Source of the DNA: Candidatus Micrarchaeia archaeon
GTDB taxonomy: Archaea; Micrarchaeota; Micrarchaeia; Burarchaeales; Fermentimicrarchaeaceae
Length of the DNA stretch: 64,000 nt
Direction: 5' to 3'
NCBI GenBank assembly: GCA_038871515.1
Contig: JAVZHX010000003.1
Location: 32,001 to 96,000, forward strand
Within the stretch, counting starts at the first letter, position 1. Every line of letters starts with the position of its first letter. The position numbers were made by a program, and so were the translations under genes. Shown piece after piece: positions 18,427-28,912 of the stretch. The notes beneath the pieces were generated by a model, which made no database searches, had not been told where the DNA came from, and worked only from the letters and a program-made list of their open reading frames with translations.

Positions 18427-19569
18427 ATGGTTGTTGCTGAGAAAGAGGGTGGCGGAGAGCTGAAGCCTGGAATATCTGATGGGGCGAGAAAGGGAGCTGA
18501 AAAGAAAACCGAGATTGTTTTCTTTCTTGGAACCCACACTCCCGAGTATGCGCATAGGCTTCGAAGTATGACAGAGAGAAGGATGCCGGATTGTATTGTT
18601 CTTGAAGAGCCAAAGGATGAGGAATTCCAGAGAATGCTGAACTCATTAAAGGGGAAGAATGAGAAGGAGAGGAGCGAAATTATAGATGATTATGTGAGGA
18701 AAAGAGGGTATTTGCACCAGGATTGTGAAAGGGAGATTCTGAAGGTTGTTGCTGATTTGAATGAAAAAGGAGTTAAGATAAAGCAGATGGATGTTGTGCA
18801 TGACTTAAGCTTTGCTACGCGAGGTGCTATGGTTCTGCCGCCGTTTCTTGCAATGGAGACAAGAGTGATTAAAAAAATGGGCGACGGTGATTTTGATAAG
18901 GCAGTTAACTCTGTTTTGAATGCTGCTGGAGTGATGGTGGTTGGGCTGGATGAGAGGAATAGAATAAGGGCGAATTTGCTAGTTACCGGAATAGAAAAAG
19001 GTGAGCTGGGAGGGTATGTGATAGTTGAAGCTGGAAAACAGCATGTGCTTCTGAAGAGAAGGGTGATGGAGAAGCTGAGAGGGGAGGGGGCTGTCATAAA
19101 AACAGAATATGAACATGGCGAAACAGCAAGGGAGGTTTTTGGAAGGTGGGCGCAGGAGGTTCGTTCTCCTTTTGAGGAGCTTGTGAACTTATATGAAAAT
19201 GGAGTTTATGGACCAATTAATGAAAAGTGGAAGAAGAAGTGGGGGGATAGGTGGAGAAGGGATGGGTATGATAGTGATACGATAGATGAAAGAGGGAGAG
19301 TTGGTAGATTAAAAGATGCGGTGAAAGGGTGGGTTGAGGGGAATTATGGAGATGAGAGGGAGAGGTTGCTTGGAGCGCGCACTGTGCTTATGTTTCGGGT
19401 TGTTGAGGATCCTTTTGATGTGAATGAGAAGTGGATGGGAGCTGTGAGAATGGTGAATAGACTTAATTATACGGAGTGCAAAAAGGTTTTTGAGGAGATG
19501 AATGCGAAGGAGATGGATGAGGAGGCTGCATTCAAGTTTCTTGAGAGTTATGTGAAAAACAGAAAATGA
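18427..19569 (+). CDS. Hypothetical protein, possibly TraB/TIKI/EreA-like alpha/beta fold
   Basis: IVFFLGTH, CIVLEEP and VIVEAGKQH pattern (fold is inference). Confidence 0.6.
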   Translation: MVVAEKEGGGELKPGISDGARKGAEKKTEIVFFLGTHTPEYAHRLRSMTERRMPDCIVLEEPKDEEFQRMLNSLKGKNEKERSEIIDDYVRKRGYLHQDCEREILKVVADLNEKGVKIKQMDVVHDLSFATRGAMVLPPFLAMETRVIKKMGDGDFDKAVNSVLNAAGVMVVGLDERNRIRANLLVTGIEKGELGGYVIVEAGKQHVLLKRRVMEKLRGEGAVIKTEYEHGETAREVFGRWAQEVRSPFEELVNLYENGVYGPINEKWKKKWGDRWRRDGYDSDTIDERGRVGRLKDAVKGWVEGNYGDERERLLGARTVLMFRVVEDPFDVNEKWMGAVRMVNRLNYTECKKVFEEMNAKEMDEEAAFKFLESYVKNRK

Positions 19570-19617
19570 AAATTATTTATAGCTGCTTCTCCCAATTGAT
19601 TAATGGAGGGTGAGAGG

Positions 19618-20130
19618 ATGGCTGATAAGAAGAGGAGGAGAAGCTTCTTTGATTTTTTTGGGGATTGGGATATTTTTGATATAGAGGAGGAGATGAAGAG
19701 GTTTATGGAGGAGTTTAATATTGATGAGCTGAAAAGTGGTGAGCCGATTGTTTATGGTTTCAATATAAGGGTTGGGCCAGATGGAAAGCCAGTTATACAG
19801 CAGTTTGGTAACGTTAAGCCAACCATTAAGGGACCGATGGTTACAGATAAAAGGGAGCCGCTTGTTGATGTGATTGAGAGAGAGGATACTATAACAGTTA
19901 TAGTGGAGCTTCCTGGGGTGGATAAGAATAAAATAAAGTTGAATGCAACTGACAGGGTGCTCACAATATCTGCGCCAGGAGAGGAAACGGATTTCTATAA
20001 GGAGGTTAAACTTCCTGCAGCTGTGAACTCAAAGAATGCAAAAGCAACGTATAAGAATGGGGTGCTGGAAGTCTGTTTGGAGAAGAAGGAGAAGAGCAAG
20101 CCGAAGGCAGAGAGCATACCAATAGAGTAG
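19618..20130 (+). CDS. Archaeal small heat shock protein Hsp20
   Basis: YGFNIRVGPDGKP, REPLVDV, ELPGV, ATYKNGVLEV, C-terminal IPIE. Confidence 0.95.
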   Translation: MADKKRRRSFFDFFGDWDIFDIEEEMKRFMEEFNIDELKSGEPIVYGFNIRVGPDGKPVIQQFGNVKPTIKGPMVTDKREPLVDVIEREDTITVIVELPGVDKNKIKLNATDRVLTISAPGEETDFYKEVKLPAAVNSKNAKATYKNGVLEVCLEKKEKSKPKAESIPIE

Positions 20131-20134
20131 TTAA

Positions 20135-20184
20135 TTTCACTGGAAAGTTACCCCCCTTCCGCCTATTTAAATACCCCTCAAAAC
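20135..20184 (+). repeat. 50-bp dispersed repeat / promoter element, copy 1
   Basis: TTTCACTGGAAAGTTACCCCCCTTCCGCCTATTTAAATACCCCTCAAAAC, identical to 61802-61851. Confidence 0.95.
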
Positions 20185-20210
20185 TACTCCTAAACGTAGA
20201 GGTGGTTGAG

Positions 20211-20384
20211 GTGAGGATGGATATAAGCAAGCTGAAGGATGAGGAGATTGATGAGCTGCTCTCATTTCTTGACAGAAGAAATATTCAGTCATTCATAAGG
20301 AAAAGTGGGGAGAGAATGGAGCTGGTGTGCAGCTCAACTCCCATAAAGCGAAGGGTGGAGCTTGGGATTGAGAGCATAGCTTGA
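20211..20384 (+). CDS. Small hypothetical protein (paralog of 61882-62007)
   Basis: GAGGTGG SD + GTG; MRMDISKLKDEEIDELLSFL... Confidence 0.75.
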   Translation: MRMDISKLKDEEIDELLSFLDRRNIQSFIRKSGERMELVCSSTPIKRRVELGIESIA

Positions 20385-20435
20385 TGAATTCCAGAAAGGT
20401 ATATTAATATTCCAAAAGTTAATCTATCGGTTGAA

Positions 20436-21128
20436 ATGGAGTGCGCTTATCATCCGGAAAAAGAAGCTGTTTCTGAGTGCTCAGTATGCGGAAAGCCACT
20501 TTGCAAGGAGTGCGGAAGCATATGCGAGGAGTGTTTAGCAAGAAAGGAACTTGCGGAAAGTGGAAAGGTTAAATTAATGAATTGGGAGGGGTGGTTTGGT
20601 TCATTCCTAACTCCTACAAAAACTTTTAGAGTGAATAGAATGAACTCCTCATTTGCAGGGGTTTGCATGAACCTTCTTGCTGGTTTGGTAAATGCAGGTG
20701 TGATTGCTTCCTTACTTTTTATTGCAGTTGGAGCGCGAGATGCGATAGTTATTTTCAGCTACACAACCCCATTCCTTGAGTTTCTGGGAGCGTGGTTGTT
20801 CATAGCGTTAATTTCCTATCCTTTTGCGATGATTGCTGGTGGGATGGGCAGTTTAAAACAGCACCTTTACATCCTCTCCCTTCCAGTTCCATTCTCGCCA
20901 GTTATTCTAGGTTGTTTGTGGTTGCTTTTGAACTTTCTTTTCTCAATTCATCTATCTGTTGGGTTGTTTGGCGCTATTATTGCAACAGCATATCTGATAC
21001 GTATTCAAACAAGCGGGGTGAGGGAGGCGCACAAGCTTGGTGGTATGCAGGCAATGATAGCCGGCACTGTCCCAATTGTTGTGTGTGGAATAATAGCTGT
21101 TTTAATATCTGCTGTTTTAAGAAAATAG
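20436..21128 (+). CDS. B-box-like zinc finger plus Yip1-like membrane protein
   Basis: CAYHP..A...CSVCGKPLCKEC; FLTPTKTF followed by about five TM helices. Confidence 0.75.
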   Translation: MECAYHPEKEAVSECSVCGKPLCKECGSICEECLARKELAESGKVKLMNWEGWFGSFLTPTKTFRVNRMNSSFAGVCMNLLAGLVNAGVIASLLFIAVGARDAIVIFSYTTPFLEFLGAWLFIALISYPFAMIAGGMGSLKQHLYILSLPVPFSPVILGCLWLLLNFLFSIHLSVGLFGAIIATAYLIRIQTSGVREAHKLGGMQAMIAGTVPIVVCGIIAVLISAVLRK

Positions 21129-21137
21129 GGGGTTGAG

Positions 21138-22256
21138 ATGGAGAAGAAGTTTGTTGTGAGCCCGTGGGAAGTGAAAGGGGAAGTTGATTACGATAAGCTG
21201 ATGAAGGAGTTTGGGGTGCAGCCACTTTCAGCAGAGTTGATGAGGAAAATTGAGAAGAAAGCTGGGGAGATGCACCTTTATCTTAGAAGGGGTTTGTTCT
21301 TCTCCCACAGGGATTTTGATGTGATAATGAATGAATACGAGAAAGGGAAGGAGTTTGTGCTTTACACTGGGAGAGGCCCTTCAGGCAAAACCCACCTCGG
21401 GCATTTGATTCCCTGGATTTTCACCTCTCACCTCCAGAGAGCATTCGGCTCCAAGTTGTATTTTCAGATGACGGATGATGAAAAGTTCCTCATGAGAGAC
21501 GTTGAATTGGAGGAAGCAGTTGGCTACAGCTATGACAATGCGCTTGATGTTATTGCGTGCGGTATGGATTCAAAAAACACTGTTATATTTTCCGATGTGG
21601 AGTATATGAAAACAATCTACAGAATTGCCCTGCAGGTTGCGAAGAGAGTTACTTTCTCAACAGCAAAAGCGGTTTTTGGTTTCACAAACAGCTCCAACAT
21701 TGGAATCATCTTCTTCCCGGCAGTGCAGGCAGCACCTGCGTTTATGGCGCAGATGCTTGAAAAGAGAAATGTGAATTGCTTAATTCCATGCGCGATAGAC
21801 CAAGACCCATACTGGAGAATAGCGAGGGATGTTGCTCCGTCTCTTGGGATGCCGAAGCCAGCTGGGATATACAGCAAGTTCCTCCCTGGTTTGCAGGGGG
21901 TTGGAGGCAAAATGTCTGCTTCGGAGGAGCAAACTGCTGTTTACACAACTGATTCAAAAGAAGTTGCTAGAAAGAAGATAATGAATGCATTCACAGGTGG
22001 CAGAGCAACTGTGGAGGAGCAGAGGAAGAAAGGAGGCAACCCAGATGTTTGTGTGGTGCACCAGTGGTTGTTTTACATGTTTGAGGAGAATGATGAGAAA
22101 ATAAAAAGAATGAGAAGCGAGTGCAAAGCAGGCAGAATACTGTGCGGTGAGTGCAAGGAGTATCTGGTAAATAAAGTAGTTAGATTTCTGGAGGAACATC
22201 AAAAAAGAAGGGAGAAAGCAAAAAAAGAAATTGAGAGATTTGTTGTGAGGGATTAA
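21138..22256 (+). CDS. trpS: Tryptophan--tRNA ligase (archaeal type)
   Basis: YTGRGPS, HLGH, AIDQDPYWR, KMSAS. Confidence 0.97.
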   Translation: MEKKFVVSPWEVKGEVDYDKLMKEFGVQPLSAELMRKIEKKAGEMHLYLRRGLFFSHRDFDVIMNEYEKGKEFVLYTGRGPSGKTHLGHLIPWIFTSHLQRAFGSKLYFQMTDDEKFLMRDVELEEAVGYSYDNALDVIACGMDSKNTVIFSDVEYMKTIYRIALQVAKRVTFSTAKAVFGFTNSSNIGIIFFPAVQAAPAFMAQMLEKRNVNCLIPCAIDQDPYWRIARDVAPSLGMPKPAGIYSKFLPGLQGVGGKMSASEEQTAVYTTDSKEVARKKIMNAFTGGRATVEEQRKKGGNPDVCVVHQWLFYMFEENDEKIKRMRSECKAGRILCGECKEYLVNKVVRFLEEHQKRREKAKKEIERFVVRD

Positions 22257-22898
22257 TTACTTCTCTTCCTCAGCTGATGCTTCTAAATCCATCTTTATTC
22301 CGTCAAGCGCTAGCGTAATCTGGTCCTTTGCAACGTCAAACAGCCCAACTGGGTTGAGGGGGAAGAAAACGTAAACTCCTCTGTTCTTGTTCTCGCCTAC
22401 AAAAACCCATCTGCCAACTTTGTATGACTCAATTGGCATGCTTGCGTTCACAACAAACATGCTTCTCCTAGCAAGCTCATCTATCAATCCATCAAAAGAT
22501 GGATCGTAATTGTCAATGAAAAGCACTTCATCCTCATCCTCCTTCCTCACGAAGAAGAGGGGAGTGACGTATGGTTTTTTCTGGCTGTTTGCTTTATCCT
22601 TCACAACCATCTCAAGCTTTTCAGCAAGCCTTGTTGCTTTCAATGCATCTTCCTTGTATTTGCTCAGCTGCTCCGCAGCTTCAGCTTTCTTAGTTTCAAA
22701 GTATTCCTCAATATCTTTTTTAAGCTTGTCAATCTCCTTTCCAACGTCAGGTATGTCCGAGTAGTCATCTGGGTTTTCAAGCAAATCCCTCAGAGTGAAT
22801 GGGTATTTACCTGCTATTGTGTTGTCAATGTCGTCAATTATCATATCAAGCTGCTGGGAGACAGTCATCATTCCAGGAGGTGCAGTTCCATTTGGCAT
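22257..22898 (-). CDS. Acidic hypothetical protein with coiled coil
   Basis: Long ORF with AGGTGA SD. Confidence 0.75.
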   Translation of the reverse strand: MPNGTAPPGMMTVSQQLDMIIDDIDNTIAGKYPFTLRDLLENPDDYSDIPDVGKEIDKLKKDIEEYFETKKAEAAEQLSKYKEDALKATRLAEKLEMVVKDKANSQKKPYVTPLFFVRKEDEDEVLFIDNYDPSFDGLIDELARRSMFVVNASMPIESYKVGRWVFVGENKNRGVYVFFPLNPVGLFDVAKDQITLALDGIKMDLEASAEEEK

Positions 22899-23001
22899 TT
22901 TTATCACCTTGTATAACGTTGATTAATAAGTGGTATTTATTACTTTCATTTTTAAAGGTATATTATTTAAATAATAACGTCTAATAGTTATTGGGGTGGC
23001 G

Positions 23002-23400
23002 ATGAAAGTGCTGAAAATTGTTGAGAAGGACAGAGTGGGGCTAATGGCAGACATAGCGCTGGCGTTAAGTGAAGTTGGAATAAATATAGAAAATATAAGT
23101 GCAACAGGAGTTCAGGGAAAAGCGGTGATTGTTTTTGAGGTGAGGGAGGAGGAGGAAGATAAGGCAGTTGATGTTCTGACAAAGAAGGGTTACAAGGTTC
23201 TTTCTGAGGAGATGATACTGATAAAGTTAAGAGATAAACCAGGAGAGCTGGCTAGAATATCAAAAATGCTGAAGGATAGGAAGGTGAACTTCACAAACCT
23301 TCAGGTAATGAGCAGGGATGGGAAGGAGACGCTTGTTGGTTTAACAGTTGAACAGCCAGAGGAAGCAAAAAGGGTTCTGAGGGAGTTTATTGTTAAATAA
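23002..23400 (+). CDS. Tandem ACT-domain protein
   Basis: DRVGLMADIA..INIENI and DKPGELARIS..VNF. Confidence 0.88.
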   Translation: MKVLKIVEKDRVGLMADIALALSEVGINIENISATGVQGKAVIVFEVREEEEDKAVDVLTKKGYKVLSEEMILIKLRDKPGELARISKMLKDRKVNFTNLQVMSRDGKETLVGLTVEQPEEAKRVLREFIVK

Positions 23401-23401
23401 A

Positions 23402-23878
23402 TTAGGTTTTTCCTGCTTTTCCTTTTCCCTTCATGCAATACCAGAGGAACTGCAGTGTTTCGCGTATTTTGTTTGAATCAACGTCAACAATTCTCATGGA
23501 AGCTCCACCGGTGCCTCTCAGGTATATATCTGCGATACCAAGGAAACGGCTTATTATTGACCTTTCAACTTTCACCTCGCTTATCTTCTCAATTGGAAGG
23601 GAGGTTTCTGTTGGTGCGATCAAACCCTCAATTCTGTCAACATCCTCTGCACCTATTCTGTAAACCAGTGAAACTCTTTTGTATATGATGGATAAGCCAA
23701 TAAGAAGAAGGACGACGAAGATTGCTCCTCCAGCAAGCAGAACAAGGTATTTTTCCTCAAGATAAGTGAAGAAAACTGCAGTGATGGCAATATCTAAAAT
23801 CATTAAAATTATCAAAAGAATGATGCGTGAGCTTATTTTTGGTCTTATGATCAGCTCCTCTGGCTCAGCCACTTGCAC
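23402..23878 (-). CDS. Membrane protein with bacterial PH (bPH_2) domain
   Basis: Two TM helices, then KISEVKVERSIISRFLGIADI. Confidence 0.75.
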   Translation of the reverse strand: MQVAEPEELIIRPKISSRIILLIILMILDIAITAVFFTYLEEKYLVLLAGGAIFVVLLLIGLSIIYKRVSLVYRIGAEDVDRIEGLIAPTETSLPIEKISEVKVERSIISRFLGIADIYLRGTGGASMRIVDVDSNKIRETLQFLWYCMKGKGKAGKT

Positions 23879-23927
23879 CCCAGAGAGATTATAGAAGGCA
23901 GGGTATATTAATTTTATCGTTATTTGT

Positions 23928-26594
23928 TTAGTTATACTTTTTTGCGAGCCATTCTATGAACTTATCAGCTGCCCTCTCTGTATCCATCTCGGTTCCACCT
24001 GCAATAATTATTCTGTTCGTCCCAGCTGCAGTAACCACTGCCTTTCCTTTTGTTAATTTTGGTAGAGATGAAACTGCTGAATAAACCTCCCTGCTAACCG
24101 AGTTGACTTCTGGTGGGCCTATGAGAATGAGAATTGATGCCTTATCTACGTCTCTATCAAGCACGACAAGTTTATTAGCTGCTGGATTAAGGAAAACTCT
24201 TGATGCCGAGTAAGTAGGTGAAACCTCGCAACGGATAGAAGCACCGGAACCCGCAATGTTTGCAGTAATGCTCTGCTTTCTAAATGCAAGATTCCCTAGA
24301 AGGGTTGCGATGTTTGCAGCTCCAACAGATTCCTCCGCTGTAGTTCCCTCACCAATGACTATCGTGAATGTTGGCTTACCCTCCTGGTTCAGTACCAGTA
24401 CGTTGGAGAATGTGAGAGGGGTGGGTGTAAGAGAATTGTTCGTAGCGGCAACTAAGATGCCGATAAACTGGTCTGCCCCCGTTATTATGTCAACCGCTCT
24501 GTAACCGGCAACGAGAATTCGATTTGACCCAATAGCTTTCATAACTACTTTATCACTTTGAAGATCTATGGAGGTTGCTTTCAGCAAGTCGGAAATAACT
24601 TTATTTCCGGAATTTCCAACTAATAAAAGGTTCTGGTTCGTCATTTGAGGGGCGACTTCGTCATCCAGCAGCACAAGCTTCGTTTTTGATGTATCAATCG
24701 GATAAGGCAGAGCTGCCTGTTGAATAATTGGGATGCAGCGCGGAGGGGAGGTAGTTGTGTCGATGGATGCAGTTATGTTAATTTTTCTATATGCCCTATT
24801 ACCAATCACTGCGGCAATGTTGCCAGCAGCTTTCACGTCCCTTGCGGTTCCTTTTTCGCCAACAACAATTTTCACAAGAGGTTGCCCGTAAGCATTGATG
24901 ATTGGGACGTTAGATAATTTTGCTTCTTCAATTGTTACATTGGTTGACGGGCTGTAGTCTCTGTATCCTGCTGTGACATCTCTCTGAAGATGTACATCCA
25001 GTTCCCATGAATAGTAGCTTATCCCAAAGTCCGGTCGTATAGTACTCGCATTTATATATCCCTGCTTGCTCACTACGAACTTATATTTTTTTAGGGAGGG
25101 AATGTGAATGTCATCAAACTTTGCTACTCCGTTAGAATCGGTGTATCTTGTGCTCTGAAGCTCATTGTCAAAATAGAGTTCAACCTTTGCTTCTGGTATT
25201 TTTGTCATACTGCCCGATTCATAAACCACTACTCTGATTGAAGCGTTTTCACTCCAGCGCTTCTCCTCTCCTTGAAGTGAAATTGAGAAAATTGTTTTCT
25301 TTGCATTCTCTAAAGCGAAACTCTTTGATCCTTTTACAATAGTGTAAAGCAAAATTGAGTATTCTCCAACGCCTCTTTGCAGTATCAGGTTTGAGCCCCC
25401 AATGGCGGTTACTTCATCCATACAGGCTTCCTTTCCACCCTCCTTTAGTATTGATGCCTTTCCAGTTGGTGAGTAGCATACGTTACTTTTAATCGTAAGG
25501 GTTAGGAGGGGGATGTTTGACTGATTCTTTGATATGTAAACGACGTATACACCATTATCATCACTGAAAGCAGTGCCAAAAGCACTCTCTCCATAAGCTT
25601 GATACTCGCCGACTAATTTCCCATTTACAGGAACTTCTTTCTTGATTGCATTGCTTTCCGCAAGCAAGCTCTTAACGTTTTTATAATCGTATTTTGTTTC
25701 CAATATTTTTTCGCAGTTTTTTGAGTCAGTTGATTTGAAGCGGTATGAAAATGCGCCAACTGCGATTCTTACTAAACCAGTATCTGCTTCGGTGTAGTTT
25801 ATGATTATCCTGCCACTGTAGCTTGAACCAATAGATGTGCCGAGGGGTTTTCCCGCAGCATCCGTGCATGCAATATTGATCACGCCTGGTTGCGCAATAA
25901 AAGCTTTGCCTCCAGAAGGAATTGTCACATTTCTCGCTGGCTGGTAGTATATACTCGCTTCTGTTGTATACTCAGGGCTTAAGTTCTGTGTGCAAGCAAC
26001 TCCTTTCACAATTATTGTTCTGCCTGTTCCCTGTCCAAGCTCAAGGGTAAGCAGTCCATTTTCATTCAAAGAGTAAGAAGCACAAGTGAGACCGGCGGGG
26101 AATGTGCATTGTGATGGTGTAGGTAGGGTTAGTTTTTGAGTGAACACCAGCTTGAGCACATCTCCCTCCTTCCATACACATATGGGATTTTCTTCATCAA
26201 AAGAGGGGCTGAGAACCGTGATTTCCCGTCCTCCTATATTTTTAGTTTTCTTAGAGATTTCATAATACTCCGGAAGCTCTTCCAAAAGATTATCAATTGT
26301 TAGATTTGTTTTTAGGTATGTAACAAATGTACTGGAGCCATCTCTATATGAAATAACTCCAATCTGTCCACCACTGAGTTTTTTTAGAATATTTCCTCCA
26401 AGTGCTACCCCCAAAAGTGATGAGAGCTCGCTTGCACCGTGCTCTGTGAGTTTAAAAAAATGTAGCGAAGCAGCATTTTCAGTTGGTATGTTTGAGAATA
26501 TTTCGTACTCTGTTGATGGTGTTTCTTGGGGTTGGAATAAGGTGCACCCAGCTATGAGGAGAATAAGCAACAAAACCAGAATTGTTTTTTTCAT
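23928..26594 (-). CDS. Multidomain surface lipoprotein with two S-layer-like C-terminal modules
   Basis: LIAGC lipobox; CTFPAGLTC domain; A.VELY..TDSNG..F..SKQGY carboxypeptidase-regulatory-like domain; two IV[VI]GE..TA...AANIA...GN repeats. Confidence 0.7.
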   Translation of the reverse strand: MKKTILVLLLILLIAGCTLFQPQETPSTEYEIFSNIPTENAASLHFFKLTEHGASELSSLLGVALGGNILKKLSGGQIGVISYRDGSSTFVTYLKTNLTIDNLLEELPEYYEISKKTKNIGGREITVLSPSFDEENPICVWKEGDVLKLVFTQKLTLPTPSQCTFPAGLTCASYSLNENGLLTLELGQGTGRTIIVKGVACTQNLSPEYTTEASIYYQPARNVTIPSGGKAFIAQPGVINIACTDAAGKPLGTSIGSSYSGRIIINYTEADTGLVRIAVGAFSYRFKSTDSKNCEKILETKYDYKNVKSLLAESNAIKKEVPVNGKLVGEYQAYGESAFGTAFSDDNGVYVVYISKNQSNIPLLTLTIKSNVCYSPTGKASILKEGGKEACMDEVTAIGGSNLILQRGVGEYSILLYTIVKGSKSFALENAKKTIFSISLQGEEKRWSENASIRVVVYESGSMTKIPEAKVELYFDNELQSTRYTDSNGVAKFDDIHIPSLKKYKFVVSKQGYINASTIRPDFGISYYSWELDVHLQRDVTAGYRDYSPSTNVTIEEAKLSNVPIINAYGQPLVKIVVGEKGTARDVKAAGNIAAVIGNRAYRKINITASIDTTTSPPRCIPIIQQAALPYPIDTSKTKLVLLDDEVAPQMTNQNLLLVGNSGNKVISDLLKATSIDLQSDKVVMKAIGSNRILVAGYRAVDIITGADQFIGILVAATNNSLTPTPLTFSNVLVLNQEGKPTFTIVIGEGTTAEESVGAANIATLLGNLAFRKQSITANIAGSGASIRCEVSPTYSASRVFLNPAANKLVVLDRDVDKASILILIGPPEVNSVSREVYSAVSSLPKLTKGKAVVTAAGTNRIIIAGGTEMDTERAADKFIEWLAKKYN

Positions 26595-26622
26595 ATGACC
26601 ACCACCATGAAATTAAATCAGG

Positions 26623-27594
26623 TTATATATTTATTGTTTTATGAATTCGCGGTATAATTGCGCAGAGGAATGCCTGCTCGCTCATCTCCCTTCTCTCAGT
26701 CAGCCCTTTTGAAAGGTAACCAATTGCACCTTTTTTCTTCCCTATTTCGTCTATTCCGCTGAGCTTTTCAAATACCTCACTCATTGTTTTCCTGTCTTTT
26801 ATTATCTCCTGAATAAGCTCAGCAGGAACCTCAAATCCCATGCTGAAGCCAAGCGTGGTTGTTTCACCATCATAAACAGCGCACCACTGGCAGTCAAAAA
26901 ACTTGTCTGAAAACTTGAAAAGCCCGCTCTCCAAACCAACTCCATAATCTGCTTTAAGCTTCTCCCTTGCAGCTTTTGCCCTTTCAATTGCTCCCGTTAT
27001 CGTCTCCTCCTCAAAAGGCTGTGAGGAAATTTTTGTTTTCACCTCAACTCCAACAAGCTTGAATTTTTTGAATATTTTTTTTGCAACTCTTTCAACTCCT
27101 TTGAGCTTTGATGGGTTTGTTGAGCCAACCGCAATTAAAACTGGCTTTCTTCTCCTTCCAGCAACATCTATAACTCCTTTCTTCACTCTCTCGCAGGAGA
27201 TTTTTTTCAAATCCTCCCCTGCAAGCAGTGGTATTGAAATTATCTCAAGCTCCTTCAAGCCTCTGCTCCTCCTCATTCTGTTAATCTCCTCAGCTCGCTG
27301 TCTCGTTTCCTCGCTGACAACTATTGCGTCAAATTCACCATCAACGGCAGGCCCGTAGAAGTCATCAAGCTTGAATATTTCAACTCTTTTAAGCTCGTTG
27401 CCAAGAAACTTTTTGAGGTTTCTCATTCTGAGCTTGAACGAAGCGCACCTGTGCTTCTTGTTTCTTCTCACAAACTCATCTGAGGTTAAACCTATGTAAA
27501 CTCTTCTTCCAGCAGACAGAGCTTTCCTTAAAAGTTTTTTGTGCCCCTCATGGAGAGTATCAAAAGTCCCTCCGAGTATCACCTTTTCGTGCAT
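26623..27594 (-). CDS. Bifunctional phosphopantetheine adenylyltransferase / YjjX-type inosine-xanthosine triphosphatase
   Basis: GGTFDTLHEGH, VSEET; then VGSTNPSK, QPF..ET..GAIERA, GLESG, GAIGYLS. Confidence 0.9.
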   Translation of the reverse strand: MHEKVILGGTFDTLHEGHKKLLRKALSAGRRVYIGLTSDEFVRRNKKHRCASFKLRMRNLKKFLGNELKRVEIFKLDDFYGPAVDGEFDAIVVSEETRQRAEEINRMRRSRGLKELEIISIPLLAGEDLKKISCERVKKGVIDVAGRRRKPVLIAVGSTNPSKLKGVERVAKKIFKKFKLVGVEVKTKISSQPFEEETITGAIERAKAAREKLKADYGVGLESGLFKFSDKFFDCQWCAVYDGETTTLGFSMGFEVPAELIQEIIKDRKTMSEVFEKLSGIDEIGKKKGAIGYLSKGLTERREMSEQAFLCAIIPRIHKTINI

Positions 27595-27629
27595 ACAAAT
27601 AAATTAAAGAGAAGAATTAAAATGCTTTT

Positions 27630-27833
27630 ATGGATCAGGAGAGGAGAATAAGGGAGGATATAGAGCAGTTCCATAAAAATGTTAAGGGGATGAAAGGTGA
27701 AATTGTTGAGCTTGCGATGAGATACTGCAAGGATGCGGAGTTCTATCTGGAGAGGAAGGATTATGTGACTGCTTTTGGGTGCATAAACTACGCACATGGT
27801 TTAATTGATGCTTTGAGGAGGATGGAGAGATGA
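27630..27833 (+). CDS. DUF357 family protein
   Basis: YCKDAEFYLERKDYVTAFGCINYAHGLIDA. Confidence 0.88.
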   Translation: MDQERRIREDIEQFHKNVKGMKGEIVELAMRYCKDAEFYLERKDYVTAFGCINYAHGLIDALRRMER

Positions 27834-28912
27834 TGTGGGAGTTTCAGCTTCCTACAAAGATAATTTTTGGAAGGGGAAGCTTGAGCAGGCTTGGGGAGAA
27901 CGTTGATGTGGATAAGGTGCTTCTTGTAACAGGCAGAGGTGGTTTCAGAGAGGATGTTGTTAAGAGAATACGCAAACAGCTGAAAGTTGATATAACTGTT
28001 TATAATGGAGTTGAGCCGAACCCAACCCACCAGAGCGTTGATGAAGGGATTGCAGTTATTAAGGAGAGGGGCTGCAAGCTCGTGATTGCTTTGGGAGGAG
28101 GGAGCGTGATTGATGCTGCGAAGATGATTGCATGCCTTGCGGAAGCTGAAGGCAAGGCATATGAGTATGTTTTTGGAGGGAGGAGAATTGAGAGAAGGGG
28201 TTTGCCTGTTATAGCAATTCCAACGACAGCTGGGACTGGAAGCGAGGTAACTCCATTTGCAGTTATTTCAGATAAAGAGAAGAAGCTGAAGCTGCCTGTG
28301 AGGAATAAATACCTTTTTCCAAAGGTTGCGATAGTTGACCCTGAGTTGACTGTCACCATGCCGAGAGAGTTAACTGCAAACACAGGTGTTGATGCACTGG
28401 CGCATGCGCTTGAAGCTTTATGGTCTAAGAAAGCTCAGCCGATAAGTGATTATCTTGCTCTCAGAGCTGTGAAGATTGTTTTTGAGAGTCTTGAGAAAGC
28501 ATGTGAGGAGCCAAATAATATTGAGGTGAGGGAGGAGATGTCGCTTGCAAGCTTGCTTGGAGGAATTGCGATAAGCAATATAGGGACAGGTCCGTCTCAT
28601 GCAATCTCGTATCCTTTAACAGTTCATTTTGGCATTCCTCATGGAAATGCGTGCTCCCTTACTCTCCCTGAAGTGATGGAGTTCAATGCATTGGGATGTG
28701 AGAAAGTTAATAGGCTCACCCAGCTATATGGGCCGGAGAGAATGAGGGAGCTTTTCAGAAAAATTGGGTTGAAGATGAGGTTGAGCGAGTTTGGGGTTAA
28801 GAGGGAGGATATACCGCTTATACTTGATGGAGTTGTTTCATCAACTCTGGAGAGGAATATAAAGGAGATGGGGAGGAAGGAGATTGAGGAAATTTTGAAT
28901 AAAATTCTTTGA
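27830..28912 (+). CDS. Iron-containing alcohol dehydrogenase family protein
   Basis: GGGSVIDAAK, PTTAGTGSEVT, DALAHALE, H...HG. Confidence 0.92.
   Translation: MMWEFQLPTKIIFGRGSLSRLGENVDVDKVLLVTGRGGFREDVVKRIRKQLKVDITVYNGVEPNPTHQSVDEGIAVIKERGCKLVIALGGGSVIDAAKMIACLAEAEGKAYEYVFGGRRIERRGLPVIAIPTTAGTGSEVTPFAVISDKEKKLKLPVRNKYLFPKVAIVDPELTVTMPRELTANTGVDALAHALEALWSKKAQPISDYLALRAVKIVFESLEKACEEPNNIEVREEMSLASLLGGIAISNIGTGPSHAISYPLTVHFGIPHGNACSLTLPEVMEFNALGCEKVNRLTQLYGPERMRELFRKIGLKMRLSEFGVKREDIPLILDGVVSSTLERNIKEMGRKEIEEILNKIL

Noticed and set aside
20135..20184. Replication origin (ORB)
   Set aside because: There is only one ORB-like half per locus, a C-run where a G-string is expected, no AT-rich unwinding element and no adjacent cdc6.
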